From Rubripirellula sp. (GTDB lineage: Bacteria > Planctomycetota > Planctomycetia > Pirellulales > Pirellulaceae): 64,000 nt of DNA. Below the pieces are notes generated by a model. The model saw only the letters and a program-made list of their open reading frames with translations. It had not been told where the DNA came from and ran no database searches. The stretch lies in NCBI GenBank assembly GCA_965216875.1, contig OZ244207.1, positions 7,904,001-7,968,000 on the forward strand, written 5' to 3'. Below, in pieces: positions 47,246-57,303 of the stretch (position 1 is its first letter; every line of letters begins with the position of its first letter). A program made the translations under genes and the position numbers.

Positions 47246-48340
47246 ATGCTTACCTCTCACTGTGCAATCCGCCTAAACCGTACTCTCGCAGCGCTGACAT
47301 GTGCGTTCGCTTTGTTGATTACAAATGCCGACGCCGAGACTCATGCGGACGTTAACGCTGTCGATTCATCGCACGCCGAACCCATTGAATTGCTTTCGGC
47401 CCCCGACTCCACATTGATCCCTGACTCCACATTGATCTCTGAGGCGGCGACCTCGATCGAAGAGGCCAAGGATCGATTCTGGTTGGTCAACACACGCGGG
47501 ATGAGCAGCGATACCTGTCGGGCGAATCTTCAAAACCCGAACTTTCGCTTTCGGCGTATGTATTGCGGACGTCCTTCGGAGCCAACGACGCTCGACGACT
47601 ACGTCGCGAGGCTCGGTGAAGGACGACGTGTCGTGATGTATGTCCATGGCAATCGCCTTGATCACTGCGATGCCGTTAAACGCAGCAATATCATCTACCG
47701 GAACATTCGTTGTCGCTGTGGCGATGGTCCGATCGATTGGGTCTTGTTTAGCTGGCCCGCCAGCAAACAAGGCACGCTGATTCATGACTTCCGCGAGAAA
47801 GCGGGTCGGACCGACGCGCAAGGCCTTTACCTAGCATGGTTGTTACGCAAACACGTCGATGGCTCGATGCCGACCGCATTGATCGGCTACAGCTTTGGTG
47901 CTCGCGTCGTGACTGGATCTCTGCACGCACTTGCTGGCGGTCGACTCGGCGGTCGAAAACTACCTGGGGACGCGGTCGTTGGCGCCAACTTTGATGCCGG
48001 TCTGGTCGCTCCGGCTCTGGAAAGCCACTGGATGGAGCCGCGAGGCTACCACGGTCGAGCGACGAAGAACCTTGACCGTCTGGTGGTGTTGTACAACCGA
48101 CGAGATGCGGTTTTAAAGCGATATTGGTTGCTTGATCGGGTGCGCAGCAACGTCGCGCTCGGTTACAGTGGTCCCAAAGCCTTCGGTCCTCGAGCCGACG
48201 GTTCGAGGTTATCAGTACGTGCTCGCGATTGTGCCCGGTTCGTCGGGTTGCAGCACGACGAAGTGGACTACTACACCTCGCCCTGCGGTGCGGGACGAGA
48301 CATGGCAAACCTGATTCATGACACAACCATCACCCACTGA
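47246..48340 (+). CDS. Secreted alpha/beta hydrolase (DUF900-like)
   Basis: VMYVHG, FSWPA, IGYSFGARV nucleophile elbow, D..LK, ALG, C-terminal H. Confidence 0.78.
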   Translation: MLTSHCAIRLNRTLAALTCAFALLITNADAETHADVNAVDSSHAEPIELLSAPDSTLIPDSTLISEAATSIEEAKDRFWLVNTRGMSSDTCRANLQNPNFRFRRMYCGRPSEPTTLDDYVARLGEGRRVVMYVHGNRLDHCDAVKRSNIIYRNIRCRCGDGPIDWVLFSWPASKQGTLIHDFREKAGRTDAQGLYLAWLLRKHVDGSMPTALIGYSFGARVVTGSLHALAGGRLGGRKLPGDAVVGANFDAGLVAPALESHWMEPRGYHGRATKNLDRLVVLYNRRDAVLKRYWLLDRVRSNVALGYSGPKAFGPRADGSRLSVRARDCARFVGLQHDEVDYYTSPCGAGRDMANLIHDTTITH

Positions 48341-49223
48341 TTCCAACGGTTCCCATTCACTCTCCCCTGCGATTGGCCTGTTGGGTGGACGTTGGGTTGA
48401 TCAAGATCAGCTCGTGCTACCTGTCAACGACATTGGTTTTCGACAGGGTGCGACCGCCGTCGAGCGAATGCGGACTTACGGCGGCGAGGTGTTTCAACTC
48501 GATTCGCATCTGGATCGATGGCAGGAGACGGTGGCCCAGCTGGGGATCGAAGGCTTGCCACTTCGAGCGGCGTTGGCGATTTTGATCGATGAACTGATCG
48601 GTCGAAACGGCGACTTTGCGGACGCGGCGGGCGAATTCGGGATCACGATGTTCGCGACCCCCGGTTGCCTCTCTGCAGATCCACCGGTGCCAACCTTTTG
48701 TTTACACCTCAATCCGATCAATCTCGACCTCGTTGCCAAGCGTCGCGAACATGGCCAACCGCTGGTCATGACCGGGGTGCGGCAACCCGCCGCGGAATGC
48801 TGGCCACGCGCGATCAAGGTTCGCTCGCGACTGCATTACTACTTGGCCGATGAGATCGCATCCGGACAGGGTGCCGATACGCTCGGGTTGTTGACCGACG
48901 AAGACGGTAGCGTGACCGAAACGAGTATCGCGAACATTGCGATCGTGACCGAGGGCGAAATTGTTTCGCCAGGACGTCATCAGGTCTTGGGCGGAATCAC
49001 CCAGCAAGTCGTGGAAGCGGCCGCGGCCGATCTTGGGATTCGCTGGAATACGGTTAGCCTGTCCCCCAAATTGGTCGAAACGGCCGACGAAGTCTTGTTG
49101 ATGGGCACCGATGGCGGACTGTGGTTCGCCAATGCCTTTGACGGACGTGCAGTCAACGATGGTAAACCCGGCGAAGTTTACGGCCGCCTGCTCAAGCGAT
49201 TTGATGAGATCGCGCACAGCTAG
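48318..49223 (+). CDS. Class IV aminotransferase / aminodeoxychorismate lyase-like
   Basis: DIGFRQGA..ERMRTY, HLDR, IKVRSRL (PLP Lys), VTETSIAN, LGGIT. Confidence 0.88.
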   Translation: MTQPSPTDSNGSHSLSPAIGLLGGRWVDQDQLVLPVNDIGFRQGATAVERMRTYGGEVFQLDSHLDRWQETVAQLGIEGLPLRAALAILIDELIGRNGDFADAAGEFGITMFATPGCLSADPPVPTFCLHLNPINLDLVAKRREHGQPLVMTGVRQPAAECWPRAIKVRSRLHYYLADEIASGQGADTLGLLTDEDGSVTETSIANIAIVTEGEIVSPGRHQVLGGITQQVVEAAAADLGIRWNTVSLSPKLVETADEVLLMGTDGGLWFANAFDGRAVNDGKPGEVYGRLLKRFDEIAHS

Positions 49224-49242
49224 TCCCCACCTTCCACCCCAC

Positions 49243-49436
49243 CTCGTTACCCCGCTCCGCGTGGTAACGCCGTTTGTCGTCCAGCCTTCAGGCGGTTTGG
49301 TGAGAAGATTCCGGCCAGAGCTCGGTACTACGAACTGGCGCCTTCCGGCCCCCGTGAGCCGAACGCGCTAGTCTAGCGTCGGGCCTTGCACTCTTTGGCA
49401 TCTCGGAGGGGCCGACGCTAGCGCGTTCGGCTCATG
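49243..49436. repeat. Mosaic cluster of REP-like palindromes
   Basis: CGTTACC-ccgctccgcgt-GGTAACG; GTCGTCCAGCCTTCAGGCGG...CCGGCCAGAGCTCGGTACTACGAAC; GTGAGCCGAACGCGCTAG...CTAGCGCGTTCGGCTCA. Confidence 0.85.
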
Positions 49437-49576
49437 AGAATCTCAGCCTCTTCGCACACCCCACCACACGAATTCGTATCTCCCCGTCTCACTTGGGCAT
49501 CGCGACCAGTTAAACTGTTTGCCGTTGTGATACTCGGTTCTGTGATAAGTCATTGCAAAGGGAGTTCGACTCGGTG

Positions 49577-50590
49577 ATGAGTTTTGCTCGGCATCTATTC
49601 GGATGGTTACTGGTTTCGACAGTTTTGTTGGGTGGATGTAGCTCATCGTCCAATACGGCTTCAAGTGATCCTGCTGAAGGCGGCGAAAAGACGATTCGCA
49701 TTGCGGTGATTCCTAAGGGGACGACGCACGAATTTTGGAAGTCGATCCACTACGGTGCCAAGCAGGCTGCGGAAGAAATTGGCAACGTCGAGATCATCTG
49801 GCGTGGTCCCGTGATCGAGAGTGACACCGGCAAGCAGATCGAGGTTGTCAAATCGATGGTCACAATGCAGGTCGACGGCATCGTTCTCGCACCGAATCAA
49901 AAGAGCGGCCTTGTCGATACGGTCAATGAGGTCATCGACGAGGGCATTCCTGTTGTCATCTTTGACAGTGGATTGGATGAAGGTCCCGAAATCGTCAGTT
50001 ACGTTGCGACCGACAATTTCAAGGGTGGCCAAATGGCGGCCGACGCGATGGCAAACGCGATTGGTGAAGAGGGCAATGTGATCCTACTGCGTTATGTTGC
50101 CGGCAGCGAAAGCACAGAGCAACGTGAAGAAGGATTCTTGGACGGACTGAAAAAGTACCCCAACATCAAAGTCGTTTCGAGTGACCAACGTGGGGGCGAC
50201 ACCACGACCGAGTCCAAAGAGAAGGTCGATCAGTTGTTGCAGATTCACCACAACGAAAACAACAAGCTGAGTGGGATCTTTGCCGTCTGCGAGCCGAATG
50301 CGAACGGTGCTCTTGAAGCGCTTCGCAACGCGGGTGTGAACAAAGAGGTCAAGATGATCGCCTTTGACCCGAGTGATGCGTTGATCGAAGGACTCGAGGA
50401 TGGTTCGGTTTCCGGGATCGTTTTGCAAGATCCGGTAACGATGGGTTACACCTCGGTCAAAACGATCGTGGCGTCGATGAACGGCGAGTCATCGGACGCG
50501 TTCATTTCGACCGGTGAATATGTCGCGACGCCCGAGAACATGGGTGAAGACCGGTACAAGGAACTCCTGCAACCTGCGATCGAAGAGTAG
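49577..50590 (+). CDS. Sugar ABC transporter substrate-binding lipoprotein (RbsB-like)
   Basis: LLGGC lipobox; IAVIPKGTTHEFW, VATDNFKGG, LQDPVTMGY. Confidence 0.92.
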   Translation: MSFARHLFGWLLVSTVLLGGCSSSSNTASSDPAEGGEKTIRIAVIPKGTTHEFWKSIHYGAKQAAEEIGNVEIIWRGPVIESDTGKQIEVVKSMVTMQVDGIVLAPNQKSGLVDTVNEVIDEGIPVVIFDSGLDEGPEIVSYVATDNFKGGQMAADAMANAIGEEGNVILLRYVAGSESTEQREEGFLDGLKKYPNIKVVSSDQRGGDTTTESKEKVDQLLQIHHNENNKLSGIFAVCEPNANGALEALRNAGVNKEVKMIAFDPSDALIEGLEDGSVSGIVLQDPVTMGYTSVKTIVASMNGESSDAFISTGEYVATPENMGEDRYKELLQPAIEE

Positions 50591-50728
50591 CCGGCCGGCT
50601 CACGCCCTCCTCCCACCACAAGCCATCCCTCCCTTTCACTTTGCTCATGCGGTCGCATCATTTCGACCCAGAGCAAAGTGTTTTCCTACTGACATCGGTC
50701 ACGATCTTACGCTAGCCAGCTGCTTGCG

Positions 50729-52219
50729 ATGGAAGAAAACGTCTTGCTCGAAATGAAGGGCATCAACAAGCGGTTCGGGCCGACCCGTGCGCTTGCCGAT
50801 GTGTCGCTGCAAGTGCGTCGATCGCGTGTGTTGGCCTTGATTGGCGAAAACGGTGCGGGCAAGAGCACGCTTCTCAAAACTCTTAGCGGTGCGCATCGAT
50901 CTGATTCAGGGACGATGACGATCGACGGAAACGAGTTCCAGCCATCCGGACCGGCCGACGCTCTTTCCAGCGGCGTGGCGATGATCTACCAGGAGCTTAA
51001 CCTGGCACCCGACCTGAGTGTTGAAGACAACTTGATGCTCGGAAAACCGGGCAGCGGTCTGGGGTTGCTCAAGCGATGGCAGCAGCGAGACCGTGTGCTT
51101 GAGGCGTTGCATTCGGTGGGGCTCGGCTCGTTACATCCAAGCGAAACGGTTGGACGGCAATCAGTGGCAACACAGCAGTTGATCGAGATCGCGCGAGCCT
51201 TGATCAGCGAACCGAAAATCATCCTGTTTGACGAGCCAACCAGTTCGCTTCCGCAAAAGGACGTCCAACGTCTGTTCGAGATCATTCATGGATTGAAAAA
51301 GAAGGGGCTGGGAATCGTTTACATCAGCCACTTTCTTGAAGAAGTGCGCGAAGTGGCCGACGATTACGCCGTGCTGCGCGATGGAAACAACGTGGGTGAA
51401 GGCAAAATCGCGGACGTCAGCGACGATGAAATCATCTCGTTGATGGTTGGTCGCGATGTCGAGCATCTTTTCCCGACCGTACCTCACACGCCGGGCGATC
51501 CCTGGGTCGAAGTGGATGCGTTGACCGGTTCGCCAATGCCGAAGGGGGTCACGTTGTCACTTCGGCGCGGCGAGATCTTTGGTGTCGCTGGTCTGGTTGG
51601 CGCCGGTCGCACGGAACTGGTTCGCGCAATTTTCGGACTCGATGCAGTTGATGCAGGAACGGTTGTTGTTGAAGGAAAGCAAATACGAAAGTCAATTCGC
51701 TCGCGAATGGCAGCGGGGTTCAGCTTGCTGTCCGAGGATCGGAAAAACGAAGGTCTCGCCCAGGACTTGTCGATCGTCGAAAACATCACGATGGGGTCGT
51801 TGTCGCCCTACACAACGGCTGGCGTTCTCGATTTGAAACGTCGTGAGAAGGACGCTGCCGAATTGATGCGCACCGTCGAGGTCAAAGCGCACTCGGGCGG
51901 CCAGAGTGTTTCCGAGCTTTCAGGGGGCAATCAACAGAAGGTTGCAATTGCGAGAATCTTGCATCAAAAGGCAGACATCTTGATGCTGGATGAACCAACC
52001 AAAGGCATCGATGTGGGGACGAAAGCGGAGGTGTACCGGATGATGGGTGAGCTCGCGGCGGAAGGTAAAACGGTCGTCTTCATCAGCTCGTACCTTCCCG
52101 AGCTGCTTGCTGTCTGTGATCGCATTGGCGTGATGTCTCGCGGTGAAATGCGTCAGGTCAGTGACACGTCCGAGTGGACCGAAGATGCGGTGATGGCTGC
52201 GGCGATCTCGCTCGATTAG
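50729..52219 (+). CDS. Sugar ABC transporter ATP-binding protein (RbsA-like, two NBDs)
   Basis: GENGAGKST, DEPT, LSGGNQQK, LDEPTKGIDVG. Confidence 0.95.
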   Translation: MEENVLLEMKGINKRFGPTRALADVSLQVRRSRVLALIGENGAGKSTLLKTLSGAHRSDSGTMTIDGNEFQPSGPADALSSGVAMIYQELNLAPDLSVEDNLMLGKPGSGLGLLKRWQQRDRVLEALHSVGLGSLHPSETVGRQSVATQQLIEIARALISEPKIILFDEPTSSLPQKDVQRLFEIIHGLKKKGLGIVYISHFLEEVREVADDYAVLRDGNNVGEGKIADVSDDEIISLMVGRDVEHLFPTVPHTPGDPWVEVDALTGSPMPKGVTLSLRRGEIFGVAGLVGAGRTELVRAIFGLDAVDAGTVVVEGKQIRKSIRSRMAAGFSLLSEDRKNEGLAQDLSIVENITMGSLSPYTTAGVLDLKRREKDAAELMRTVEVKAHSGGQSVSELSGGNQQKVAIARILHQKADILMLDEPTKGIDVGTKAEVYRMMGELAAEGKTVVFISSYLPELLAVCDRIGVMSRGEMRQVSDTSEWTEDAVMAAAISLD

Positions 52220-52248
52220 ATAAGACAAAGGTTCGAAGAGAAAACCAG

Positions 52249-53346
52249 ATGAGCGATTCATCGTCCACTGACAACAGCAATTCGATTGGCCGTCTGATGC
52301 GCGGCTTTAGTTGGGGCCAGCTCGGTCCGATGCTTGCTTTGGTCGTGATCATCGTCTTGTTTGCAATTGCCGAAGGGGCGTTGGGACAAGGCGTATTTGT
52401 GTCGGCACGCAATGCGCGCGTGATCCTCAGTTCAACAGCACTGGTTGCCGTCCCCGCCCTCGGGATGACGATCATCATCATCGCGGCTGGAATCGATTTG
52501 TCGGCCGGGACAGCGTTGACACTGTGCGGAACCGTGCTGGCGAGCTGCTTCAAGTTTTCAGAGGTCACGTCGGGGGAAAGTGGCTTTGCGTTTTACGTCA
52601 CGATGTACTTGGGGCTGACCGTTTTGGTTGGCTGCTTTTGCGGGGCCGTCAACGGCGGTTTGATTGCCGCAACAAGGGTCGTGCCTTTCATCGTCACGCT
52701 CGGAACGATGACCATCTTTCTTGGCGTTGGTCAAATCGTCGCCGATGAATCTTCGGTCAAAGCAGACCCCGATAGCTATCCCGAGTGGATCCGTTTCCTT
52801 TGCTACACCGGAAAGAATGCCGACAACTATTTGATGCCGTATCTTTCGATTCCCACCAGTGCATTAATTTGCGTTGCTCTGGCGATCTTGCTTGCCCTGG
52901 TGCTGAAGTACACCGTACTTGGTCGCAATATTTTTGCGATTGGTTCAAACGAATCGACAGCGCGTCTTTGCGGGATCAATGTTCCGTTGACGTTGATTGC
53001 GGTCTACACCATTTCAGGTTTCTTTGTTGCAGTCGGCGGGTTGCTTTATTTTTCGGACGTCAAAATTGGTAACCCTTCTGACGGTATGGGCAAAGAGCTA
53101 GAGATCATCGCGGCCGTCGTGCTTGGCGGCGGCAGTCTCAGCGGCGGTCGCGGTTCCGTGTTGGGAACGTTGGTCGGCGCTCTCATCATCACCGTGATCC
53201 GCAACGGCTGCACGCTGCTTTCGATACCCAATACATATACGCTGATCATCATCGGCTGCATCATCATCGCTGCTGTGATCGTCGATCAATTGCGACACGG
53301 GTCCCCCGAGTGGTTCTTTCGGATGATTCGTAAAGGCCCGCAGTGA
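52249..53346 (+). CDS. Sugar ABC transporter permease (RbsC-like)
   Basis: GIDLSAG, PFIVTLG, GRNIFAIGSNE..ARLCGI, ELEIIAAVVLGG. Confidence 0.93.
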   Translation: MSDSSSTDNSNSIGRLMRGFSWGQLGPMLALVVIIVLFAIAEGALGQGVFVSARNARVILSSTALVAVPALGMTIIIIAAGIDLSAGTALTLCGTVLASCFKFSEVTSGESGFAFYVTMYLGLTVLVGCFCGAVNGGLIAATRVVPFIVTLGTMTIFLGVGQIVADESSVKADPDSYPEWIRFLCYTGKNADNYLMPYLSIPTSALICVALAILLALVLKYTVLGRNIFAIGSNESTARLCGINVPLTLIAVYTISGFFVAVGGLLYFSDVKIGNPSDGMGKELEIIAAVVLGGGSLSGGRGSVLGTLVGALIITVIRNGCTLLSIPNTYTLIIIGCIIIAAVIVDQLRHGSPEWFFRMIRKGPQ

Positions 53347-53465
53347 CAGGGTTTGCGATCGGTCGCGCCCTTCTGAAACGCTAAAATGTGCCTGTGGAGC
53401 GTGCCGCCATCGGGTGGCGACTTACAGACACGAAATGGCTGGCGGACGCGTGGTTCGTCATTGGA

Positions 53466-54806
53466 ATGAAATACAAGTTACATCTTCTTCTGGGCATCTT
53501 GGCGTGGACCACGGTGACGATTGCGGTTGCCGGCGTGGTGGGTGGACAAAGATCGAAAGCCAGCCGAACGGCGCTGGTGGACTATTTCACCAAGCGTCCG
53601 TCCACGCTGGAGTTGACCGATGCTTCGTCGAGATTGCGGCGAAATGATCCTGTCTTTATGCAAGACAGTAGCGGTCAATGGAGTCAGGTCGGCCACGTTG
53701 AACGCGGGCGAGCTGATGACAAGGGGCAGACGGGCAAGGGGCAGGCTGACGATCGTCAAGTAAGGATTCGTTGGTACGGTGATGTCGATCCCGACCAGCT
53801 CGAGTGGGAATACCACTACAGTTCCGGCCGGTTAGAGGAAGTGGTGCAGACCATGTTGCCGCCGGAGAAACGGGCTCAGATTCAACAGCGGTTTGCAGAT
53901 CTTTTCCAGCAGCATGGCCGAGAGATGACCGCGGCGCTCTTGCCGTTGGTTGAAGAGTCACTGCGACGGTCGGTTCCGATTGTCGAAAAGGAGTTTCGTG
54001 CGGCGACGAGACGTCATCGTGATGAAATCGATGAGCTCGCTTTGCGCTGGAATGAGGAAGTGATTGACGAGCGATTGATTCCGCTCGCACGTCGCGAAAT
54101 AATGCCATCGGTTCGCAGGCACGGCCAGCCGCTTGCTGAGGAGATTGGTCGCGAATTGTGGGATCGCGCTTCCCTGTGGCGATTCGGGTGGCGCGCACTC
54201 TATGACAAAGCCCCTTTGCCACAACGCAACTTGGTGCGAAGCGAGTGGGACCGCTTCGTCGAACAGGAAGCTGAACCGGTTTTCCGATCGCATTCGGACG
54301 ACATCGTGGGAGTGGTTCAGCGAATCATGACCGACGTTGCTTCGAACCGAAATGTTCGCCGCGAACTTGGCGAAGTGGCCGAGTCCGTTGCGTCGGACCC
54401 GGATGCACGAGCTCTTGTACGTGTTCTGTTGAAAGAGTCGCTGCTCGAGAACCAGGAGTTGCGTGATCTGTGGAAGGAGATTTGGACAAGCGACCGAGCT
54501 CGGAGTGCGATTGACCTTGCCGGTGACCGGATTGAACCTGTTGTGCGTTCGATCGGTGATGACCTTTTCGGGACGCCTGAGGATGGGATCAATCCCGATT
54601 TTGCACGGGTCCTTCGAAATCAAATCCTTGGCAAAGACCGGCGCTGGATCGTGGCGACCGCAGGGGATGCGGATTCTGCCGCGGATCCAGTGATCACCAT
54701 TGCCAGTGGTTCGATGCCCTACCCGCTCGTTTACATGGCCGACGGCATCGACCCATTTGCTGCGCCAGCCGTCGAATCGCGCGCGGAGGCTGGCAAGAGT
54801 GAGTGA
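53466..54806 (+). CDS. Hypothetical membrane-anchored protein, possible divergent MCE/MlaD-like component
   Basis: N-terminal TM, short beta-rich segment (LTDASSRLRRNDPV..QVGHV), long helical region; overlaps the next gene. Confidence 0.6.
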   Translation: MKYKLHLLLGILAWTTVTIAVAGVVGGQRSKASRTALVDYFTKRPSTLELTDASSRLRRNDPVFMQDSSGQWSQVGHVERGRADDKGQTGKGQADDRQVRIRWYGDVDPDQLEWEYHYSSGRLEEVVQTMLPPEKRAQIQQRFADLFQQHGREMTAALLPLVEESLRRSVPIVEKEFRAATRRHRDEIDELALRWNEEVIDERLIPLARREIMPSVRRHGQPLAEEIGRELWDRASLWRFGWRALYDKAPLPQRNLVRSEWDRFVEQEAEPVFRSHSDDIVGVVQRIMTDVASNRNVRRELGEVAESVASDPDARALVRVLLKESLLENQELRDLWKEIWTSDRARSAIDLAGDRIEPVVRSIGDDLFGTPEDGINPDFARVLRNQILGKDRRWIVATAGDADSAADPVITIASGSMPYPLVYMADGIDPFAAPAVESRAEAGKSE

Positions 54807-56370
54807 CGATGAGCCTCGCGAGCTTCGCCCGCTGCGTCTGTCTCAATTGCATATCGCGGTGGGCGACCTAGTCCTGTTGAACGAGACATCGCTGGATGTT
54901 TCCGCTGGCAAAATCACGGTGATTGTGGGTGGTAGCGGGGCGGGAAAATCGGTGCTGCTGCGCACCCTTGCCGGTTTGATCCCCAAGCAGGGCGGCCCGG
55001 TCACTTGGCGCGGAAGCATCGAGTTTGGCGAAACAAAACCGCGGGTTGGGATCGTATTCCAGCAGTTTGCCCTGTTCGATGAATTGTCGCCAACAGCAAA
55101 CGTGCAATTCGCAATCGATCACCGAACCGATCGATCGAAACCACCGGGCCAGACGGCGGCAGAATGGTTGGACGAATTGGGCGTTCCGGCCAAGACACGC
55201 GTGTCAGCACTGAGCGGCGGACAAAAGCAACGCCTCGCGATCGCGAGAACATTGGCAGCAGACCCCGACGTTGTGCTTTATGACGAACCGACCTCAGGAC
55301 TCGATGCGGCGAGCGGAAAAAAAGTCGCTGATCTGATCCGGGCAACCCAGACAGCTCATCGTCGCACCAGCATCGTCGTCACGCATGATTATGAAACGTT
55401 GCTGCCGATCGCAGATGAAGTCCTCTTGCTTGATGCGGGCGAGGCAAAGCTGATTCCGATTCCTAAAGAAGAATGGGATCAGATTCCCGATCGAATGGCA
55501 CTCGTTCAACGTGGAAGCAATGTCGCCGGCAAGCTGTCGAGTGGCGAACCGTCCCGGATGCCCGTCTGGGTTGGCCAACGATTGGGCGACTTCATGGCGG
55601 CAAGCGGTCGAGTGGTGACCGCGTCGGCCCGGTTGCCCTATGATTTGCTTCCGATCGTCCCGCGACCTCGCTGGGGCATCCGATTTCTGATGCACTATTT
55701 GCGATTGGTTGGTGGGCCATCGGCGTGGCTGTACCTGATCATGGCAGGAATGATTGTCGGGTTCACGGCGACCTATTTCACGTTTCGTTTCCTGCCGTTC
55801 CGGCTTTACACCCAGCCCTTGTTGATTGATGAACTGTTGTCATCGATCGGGTTTGCGCTCTATCGAATTCTCGTTCCGGTGCTGGCAACCGTTTTGGTCG
55901 CAGCCCGTTGCGGTGCTGCGGTTGCCGCGGACGTGGGCGTCAAGCAATACGGTGGGCAAGCGGACGCAATGCGCACACTTGGGGTCAAGCCGCGATCTTA
56001 CTTGATGTTGCCGATTGTCGTTGCCTTTGTGATCGCCACGCCCCTCTTGGAATGGCTTGCCTTTTCGGCCGCCCAGTGGGTCAGCTTGATCACGTTTGCT
56101 GAGACCCATCCCGAGGTTGGTTTGCATTACTGGAATCAACATTTCTTTCGCAATTTGACCGACGAGGGCTCGTCGATGCTGGTGGGATGGCATTGGGTGA
56201 CATTGAAAAACGTTCTCTGTGGTGTCGGTACGGCGACGATCGGTTACTATCGTGGGATTGCCGCCAAGCACTCGACAACCGATGTTTCCAACGCGATCAC
56301 GGCGACCGTGTTGTGGACCACACTTTATGTGCTGGTTGTTCATTTCGTTGTCGCCCTGCTGGAATTCTAG
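54799..56370 (+). CDS. ABC ATPase fused to MlaE-type permease
   Basis: GGSGAGKS, VFQQFALFD, LSGGQKQR, YDEPTSGLD, VTHD; C-half RILVPVLATVLVAARCGAAVAADVG..DAMRTLGV..T.DVSNAIT.TV (MlaE). Confidence 0.88.
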   Translation: MSDDEPRELRPLRLSQLHIAVGDLVLLNETSLDVSAGKITVIVGGSGAGKSVLLRTLAGLIPKQGGPVTWRGSIEFGETKPRVGIVFQQFALFDELSPTANVQFAIDHRTDRSKPPGQTAAEWLDELGVPAKTRVSALSGGQKQRLAIARTLAADPDVVLYDEPTSGLDAASGKKVADLIRATQTAHRRTSIVVTHDYETLLPIADEVLLLDAGEAKLIPIPKEEWDQIPDRMALVQRGSNVAGKLSSGEPSRMPVWVGQRLGDFMAASGRVVTASARLPYDLLPIVPRPRWGIRFLMHYLRLVGGPSAWLYLIMAGMIVGFTATYFTFRFLPFRLYTQPLLIDELLSSIGFALYRILVPVLATVLVAARCGAAVAADVGVKQYGGQADAMRTLGVKPRSYLMLPIVVAFVIATPLLEWLAFSAAQWVSLITFAETHPEVGLHYWNQHFFRNLTDEGSSMLVGWHWVTLKNVLCGVGTATIGYYRGIAAKHSTTDVSNAITATVLWTTLYVLVVHFVVALLEF

Positions 56371-56440
56371 CAGTCGCTTTTTTGCCTGCTTTTCAACAAA
56401 AGTTCATAACACATTTCATTGCCAACGAGTAAAAACAGGA

Positions 56441-56614
56441 ATGGATAAGAAAGCCAAGAAACGCCTTGATGTGATCAACAAGAAGTTGCAAACTTTGCGC
56501 CCGCGATTGGCTGGTTCAAAGCAACAGGCGGACGATCCCGAAGAGCTGAAGCAGCTTGAAGACGAGATCGCCAAACTTGAAGCGGAGGCTGCCGAAATCA
56601 AAGCATCAAAGTAA
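56441..56614 (+). CDS. Small coiled-coil hypothetical protein (57 aa)
   Basis: MDKKAKKRLDVINKKLQTLRPRLAGSKQQADDPEELKQLEDEIAKLEAE; purine-rich sequence before the ATG; coding-like composition. Confidence 0.7.
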   Translation: MDKKAKKRLDVINKKLQTLRPRLAGSKQQADDPEELKQLEDEIAKLEAEAAEIKASK

Positions 56615-56748
56615 CTTGGCTTTGAGATCAATGGTCGGACCAAACGTTCACTTGCAATTGGGCTGTGTTGCTCGTGGACGCGATGATGCACGGTCAAAAT
56701 GTGCGACCGCACGGCGGTTGCAAACTCTTTTCAACAGGGAATATTCAC

Positions 56749-57273
56749 ATGCGTTTTCTATTGCTCGCTGCGCTGCCACTGCTGATGGCAGTGACAACTC
56801 TCGCACAAGCTCCACCAAAGTTGACCAAACATCACAAACGGATTGCCGAAGATGTTGGCAAGTGGACCGGCACCATGAAGGTCAAAATGCCCGGCGCCGC
56901 CGATGAAGTCGAAATGCCGATCGTCGAAGAGAATAGCTTGATCGATGGTGGCATGTGGTTGATCAGCGCCTTCGAGTCGGGGCCGTTCAAGGGCCAAGGG
57001 CAATTCGGCTATGACACAAACAAAAAGAAGTACGTTGGTACTTGGGTCGACAATCAATCTTCGCACTTGAACATCATGGAAGGTGAGTACGACGAAAAGT
57101 CAGGCGAGCTCGTGATGACATTCGAAGGTCGAGATGAAATGTCAGGTCAGCTCGTCGACATGAAGTCGGTCACCACGCGTCCTTCGGACGACAAGCGTCT
57201 GTTTGTGATGTACGCCAAGCGTGAAGGCGAGTGGTCGAAGATGTTTGAGATTCACTACTCCAAAGCTGAGTAG
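56749..57273 (+). CDS. Secreted DUF1579-like protein
   Basis: Signal peptide; VGKWTG, GGMWL, FKGQGQFGYD..KKKYVGTWVDN. Confidence 0.8.
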   Translation: MRFLLLAALPLLMAVTTLAQAPPKLTKHHKRIAEDVGKWTGTMKVKMPGAADEVEMPIVEENSLIDGGMWLISAFESGPFKGQGQFGYDTNKKKYVGTWVDNQSSHLNIMEGEYDEKSGELVMTFEGRDEMSGQLVDMKSVTTRPSDDKRLFVMYAKREGEWSKMFEIHYSKAE

Positions 57274-57303
57274 CAGGATTCGTTTCCCATTGCCAAGGTT
57301 TTA

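Noticed and set aside
47402..47437. 18-bp tandem duplication (PDSTLI x2)
   Set aside because: In-frame slip in a linker; no functional implication visible.
41894..53346. cdd, nucleoside phosphorylase and sugar ABC as one nucleoside-utilisation regulon
   Set aside because: Separated by unrelated genes in differing orientations; transporter substrate cannot be read from sequence.
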